From Gammaproteobacteria bacterium (GTDB taxonomy: Bacteria > Pseudomonadota > Gammaproteobacteria > Eutrophobiales > Eutrophobiaceae): DNA of 64,000 nt. Each line of letters opens with the position of its first letter. Position 1 is the stretch's first letter. A program made the translations under genes and the position numbers. A model generated the notes under the pieces. That model was not told where the DNA came from. It saw nothing but the letters and a program-made list of their open reading frames with translations, and did not search any database. The stretch is from positions 960,001 through 1,024,000 of the forward strand of contig CBDCDS010000003.1 in the NCBI GenBank assembly GCA_965215365.1. Direction: 5' to 3'. This document shows, in pieces, positions 60,937-64,000 of this stretch.

Positions 60937-61935
60937 ATGCGTGTCCTCGGTATAGAAACTTCCTGCGATGAAACCGGCGTTGCCATCTATGATTCACAGC
61001 TCGGGTTATTGGCAAACCAGCTGCACAGTCAGGCGCGTCTGCATGATGCTTATGGGGGGGTAGTGCCGGAGCTGGCCTCGCGCGACCATGTTCGGCGCAT
61101 CACGCCATTACTGGTCGCAGCCCTGGACGAGGCCGGCCTGCAACGGGGCGATATTGACGGGGTTGCCTATACCGCCGGCCCCGGTTTAATCGGGGCCTTG
61201 CTGGTTGGTGCCGGCTTTGGCAGGAGCCTGGGTTATGCCTGGCGCGTGCCTGCGGTCGCAGTGCACCACATGGAGGCGCATCTGCTGGCGGTAAACCTGG
61301 AGGAAGATCCGCCCGACTACCCGTTCCTGGCCCTGCTGGTCTCCGGCGGGCATACCCAGTTGCTGCAGGTCAGGGCCGCCGGTGACTACACGCTGCTGGG
61401 TGAGTCGCTGGATGACGCAGCCGGTGAGGCGTTCGATAAAACCGCGAAACTGTTGGGGTTGGGCTACCCGGGCGGGCCACAGGTGTCGGCGCTGGCGCAA
61501 CACGGGCGGGCGGGCCGCTACCGCTTGCCGCGGCCGCTGACCGACCGGCCCGGCCTAGATTTCAGCTTCAGCGGGTTAAAGACCGCAGTGGCGCTGGTCG
61601 TAAAAGAACTTGCCGACGGAGATGAACAAGCACGCGCCGACGTGGCTTACGCGTTTGTGGACGCGGTAGTGGATACCCTGGCAATAAAATGTGCACGCGC
61701 TTTCAAGCAAACCGGCATCACCCGGCTGGTGGCCGCCGGTGGCGTCAGTGCCAACAGGCAACTGCGGGAGAAGTTGACAGCCATGGCGGCTGAGCGCGGC
61801 GGGCGCATCTTCTATCCACGCCCGGAGTTCTGCACCGACAACGGCGCCATGATCGCTTATACCGGCTACGTCAAACTCAGCACCGGCGCCAGCCAGCCGC
61901 TGGCTTTTGCCGCCTACCCGCGTTGGTCGCTGTAG
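60937..61935 (+). CDS. tsaD: tRNA N6-threonylcarbamoyltransferase
   Basis: [38 protein letters not shown]. Confidence 0.98.
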   Translation: MRVLGIETSCDETGVAIYDSQLGLLANQLHSQARLHDAYGGVVPELASRDHVRRITPLLVAALDEAGLQRGDIDGVAYTAGPGLIGALLVGAGFGRSLGYAWRVPAVAVHHMEAHLLAVNLEEDPPDYPFLALLVSGGHTQLLQVRAAGDYTLLGESLDDAAGEAFDKTAKLLGLGYPGGPQVSALAQHGRAGRYRLPRPLTDRPGLDFSFSGLKTAVALVVKELADGDEQARADVAYAFVDAVVDTLAIKCARAFKQTGITRLVAAGGVSANRQLREKLTAMAAERGGRIFYPRPEFCTDNGAMIAYTGYVKLSTGASQPLAFAAYPRWSL

Positions 61936-61988
61936 GTTGTTGTTCGTCCCCGGTTCACTATACGCCGGGACCGACTTGCCGGCACCCT

Positions 61989-62582
61989 TCAACGCCCAAG
62001 CCTGATTCTGGTTTCCGTGCCGCGCAACAGATTTTGCATGTTGGAGCGGTGGCGCCAGATGAGGCAGGCGGCCATCACGCCGGTGACCGTGATGTAGGGT
62101 GCGGCGGGGAGTATCAGCCAGCAATAAAGCGGGGTCAGCAGTGCCGCTGTGAGCGCCGCCAGAGAGGCATACCTGAATGCCAGTGCCACCAGCAGCCAGG
62201 TAATAATAAAAGCCGCCCCCAATAGCCAGTTAAAGCCCAGCAGCGCGCCGATCAAGGTGGCCACGCCTTTGCCGCCGCGCAGCTCGAAGAACAGCGGGCA
62301 CAGGTGACCGCCAAAAGCAGCCAGACCGCCCAGCGCGACAATCAGGTCGGGCGCGTGCAGGTAACGCAGCAACAGCACCGGCAGCAGCCCCTTCAATACG
62401 TCGCCGGCCAGAGTCAGCAGCGCGGCGGTTTTGCCGTACAGGCGCAGCACGTTGGTGGCGCCGGGGTTGCCGGAGCCACCCTGCCTCGGGTCGCCCAGTC
62501 CCAGCGCCTTGCACACGAGCACGGCGCTGGCCAGCGAGCCGGCCAGATAGGCGATGATTACCAGCGCAGTATGGATGAGCAT
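61989..62582 (-). CDS. plsY: Glycerol-3-phosphate acyltransferase
   Basis: GSGNPGATN, GGKGVAT, RHRSN. Confidence 0.95.
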   Translation of the reverse strand: MLIHTALVIIAYLAGSLASAVLVCKALGLGDPRQGGSGNPGATNVLRLYGKTAALLTLAGDVLKGLLPVLLLRYLHAPDLIVALGGLAAFGGHLCPLFFELRGGKGVATLIGALLGFNWLLGAAFIITWLLVALAFRYASLAALTAALLTPLYCWLILPAAPYITVTGVMAACLIWRHRSNMQNLLRGTETRIRLGR

Positions 62583-62700
62583 GGGGTCATTATAATGGTA
62601 ACTTCCAGGTTCGTCCTGAAACTCAGCGGTTCCCGGGAGATATTCGGCTTGTATTCCTGGTCTTATCTGCTTTAATCTGGCAACAGCCTGACCAATCACC

Positions 62701-63063
62701 ATGACGATGGATATAATTTACCTGAACGACCTGAAGGTGGACACCGTAATAGGCATCCACCCTTGGGAACGCACCATAAAACAGACCTTAATTTTCGATA
62801 TTGAAATTGCTGCCGATATTGCCACGGCGGCGCAATCCGACCATATCGGCGATACCGTAAGCTATGAGGCGGTGGCCAAGCGTGTGACAAGTTTCGTTGG
62901 CGCGGCAGAGTTTGAATTGATTGAGACCCTGGCAGAACAGGTGGCCGGTATCCTCCTAGATGAGTTCAAGGTGCGCTGGTGCCGGTTGCGGCTGAACAAA
63001 CCCGGCGCCGTGCGCGGGGTGCGCGAGGTGGGCCTTATTATTGAGCGAGGCAGCAGGGATTAA
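62701..63063 (+). CDS. folB: Dihydroneopterin aldolase
   Basis: IGIHPWER, Y, LIETLAE, KPGA. Confidence 0.95.
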   Translation: MTMDIIYLNDLKVDTVIGIHPWERTIKQTLIFDIEIAADIATAAQSDHIGDTVSYEAVAKRVTSFVGAAEFELIETLAEQVAGILLDEFKVRWCRLRLNKPGAVRGVREVGLIIERGSRD

Positions 63064-63200
63064 CCCGCATATCTCACCAAGACCAGCGAGGGCGCATCAA
63101 GCGCAGATGTGTTATGTGGAAAGAGCAGCAGTATTATCATAACTTATTGAAAGCAATTATGTTTCACAAGGAAACAAGCGACTTGGTGAGAGCTGCGGGT
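63063..63200. mobile_element. About 140-bp MITE with ACCCGCA..CTCACCAAG terminal IRs
   Basis: ACCCGCATATCTCACCAAG ... CTTGGTGAGAGCTGCGGGT between folB and folK. Confidence 0.8.
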
Positions 63201-63204
63201 TGAC

Positions 63205-63702
63205 ATGGCGCAGATTTTTATCGGCGTCGGCAGCAACCGGGAGCGGGAACAACATATCCGGGCCGGGATCCGGGCGCTACGGGCAGTGTTTATGAATTTG
63301 CGCATCTCCACGGTGTATGAAAACCGGGCAGTAGGGTTCGACGGCGCAAACTTCTACAATTTCGTTGTCGGGTGCGAAACCGGGCTTGAAGCGCCGGCAG
63401 TCGTCAGGCAATTGCAGCAAATCGAAAATGCTTATGGCCGGGACCGGAGCGGGCCGTGCCCGACCTCCATCAACCTGGACCTGGACCTGTTGCTGTACGA
63501 TGACCTGGTCACTACCCGCACCGGGTTTCGGTTGCCCCGTGCGGACCTCGACCGCTATGCGTTCGTATTATGCCCGCTGGCAGAACTGGCGCCGGCCCTG
63601 CGCCATCCCGTGTCCGGCAAAACCTTTGCTGCGCTGTGGGCTGAATTTGACGCCACCGGACAGACGTTGTGGCCGGTTGCCTGTGACCTGCAAGGGGAAT
63701 AA
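63205..63702 (+). CDS. folK: HPPK (2-amino-4-hydroxy-6-hydroxymethyldihydropteridine diphosphokinase)
   Basis: IGVGSN, LDLDLLLY, FVL.PLAE; follows folB. Confidence 0.92.
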   Translation: MAQIFIGVGSNREREQHIRAGIRALRAVFMNLRISTVYENRAVGFDGANFYNFVVGCETGLEAPAVVRQLQQIENAYGRDRSGPCPTSINLDLDLLLYDDLVTTRTGFRLPRADLDRYAFVLCPLAELAPALRHPVSGKTFAALWAEFDATGQTLWPVACDLQGE

Positions 63703-63707
63703 GGCGC

Positions 63708-64000
63708 TTGTTGCATGCGGCTGACAGTGCCCGGGACGAGTTTGCGCGGACCCTGCCAGCGCCGGCGCCGGCTGCCAGGGCGCACAGTCAGGCCTTGGCA
63801 GAGATGATCCGGGAGCAGATTCTTGCAAACGGCGGCAGTATCAGCTTTGCGCGCTATATGGAGCTGGCCTTGTATGCGCCGGGACAGGGTTACTACAGCG
63901 CCGGGGCGACCCGCTTTGGCGCGCACGGCGATTACGTTACTGCGCCCGAAGTCTCCCCCCTGTTTTCCCGTTGTCTGGCCCGGCAGTGCCGGCAGGTGCT
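63708..64000 (+). CDS. SAM-dependent methyltransferase, MidA/NDUFAF7 family (runs off window end)
   Basis: Manual translation: ...GGSISFARYMELALYAPGQGYYS...GDYVTAPEVSPLF. Confidence 0.88.
   Translation, partial: MLHAADSARDEFARTLPAPAPAARAHSQALAEMIREQILANGGSISFARYMELALYAPGQGYYSAGATRFGAHGDYVTAPEVSPLFSRCLARQCRQV

Noticed and set aside
1-64000. CRISPR array, tRNA, rRNA or tmRNA
   Set aside because: No regularly spaced repeat-spacer run or recognisable structural RNA gene was seen; ssrA is not evident next to smpB.

Overview
Chromosomal window from a gammaproteobacterium, judged from gene order and sequence of dapF-DUF484-xerC, smpB, rnfH, bamE-fur, recN-nadK-hrcA-grpE-dnaK-dnaJ-dapB and tsaD-plsY-folB-folK. 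Bases 1-21.4 kb are accessory: a frameshifted PRTase + DprA pair (ShosTA-like), a sulfated-glycan cluster (2 glycosyltransferases and 5 sulfotransferase genes, with poly-G/C tracts), and an ~9 kb segment bracketed by 1,191-bp direct repeats. That segment holds TA modules, a three-element nested IS stack, a GIY-YIG gene and a K+-channel-like gene. The core region is interrupted by cobalamin genes with a riboswitch, a DNA methyltransferase split by an IS, an AbiEii pair, a hicAB pair disrupted by two different MITEs, and a ROK/TonB/GDPD/MFS islet. The best candidate for an undescribed system is a 2,279-bp IS66-family element present twice. It carries its own Dam-like adenine methyltransferase upstream of the transposase; one copy inserted into a host methyltransferase and the other has lost its transposase but kept the methyltransferase. 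No rRNA, tRNA or CRISPR array was seen. All calls come from reading the sequence; no database searches were run.
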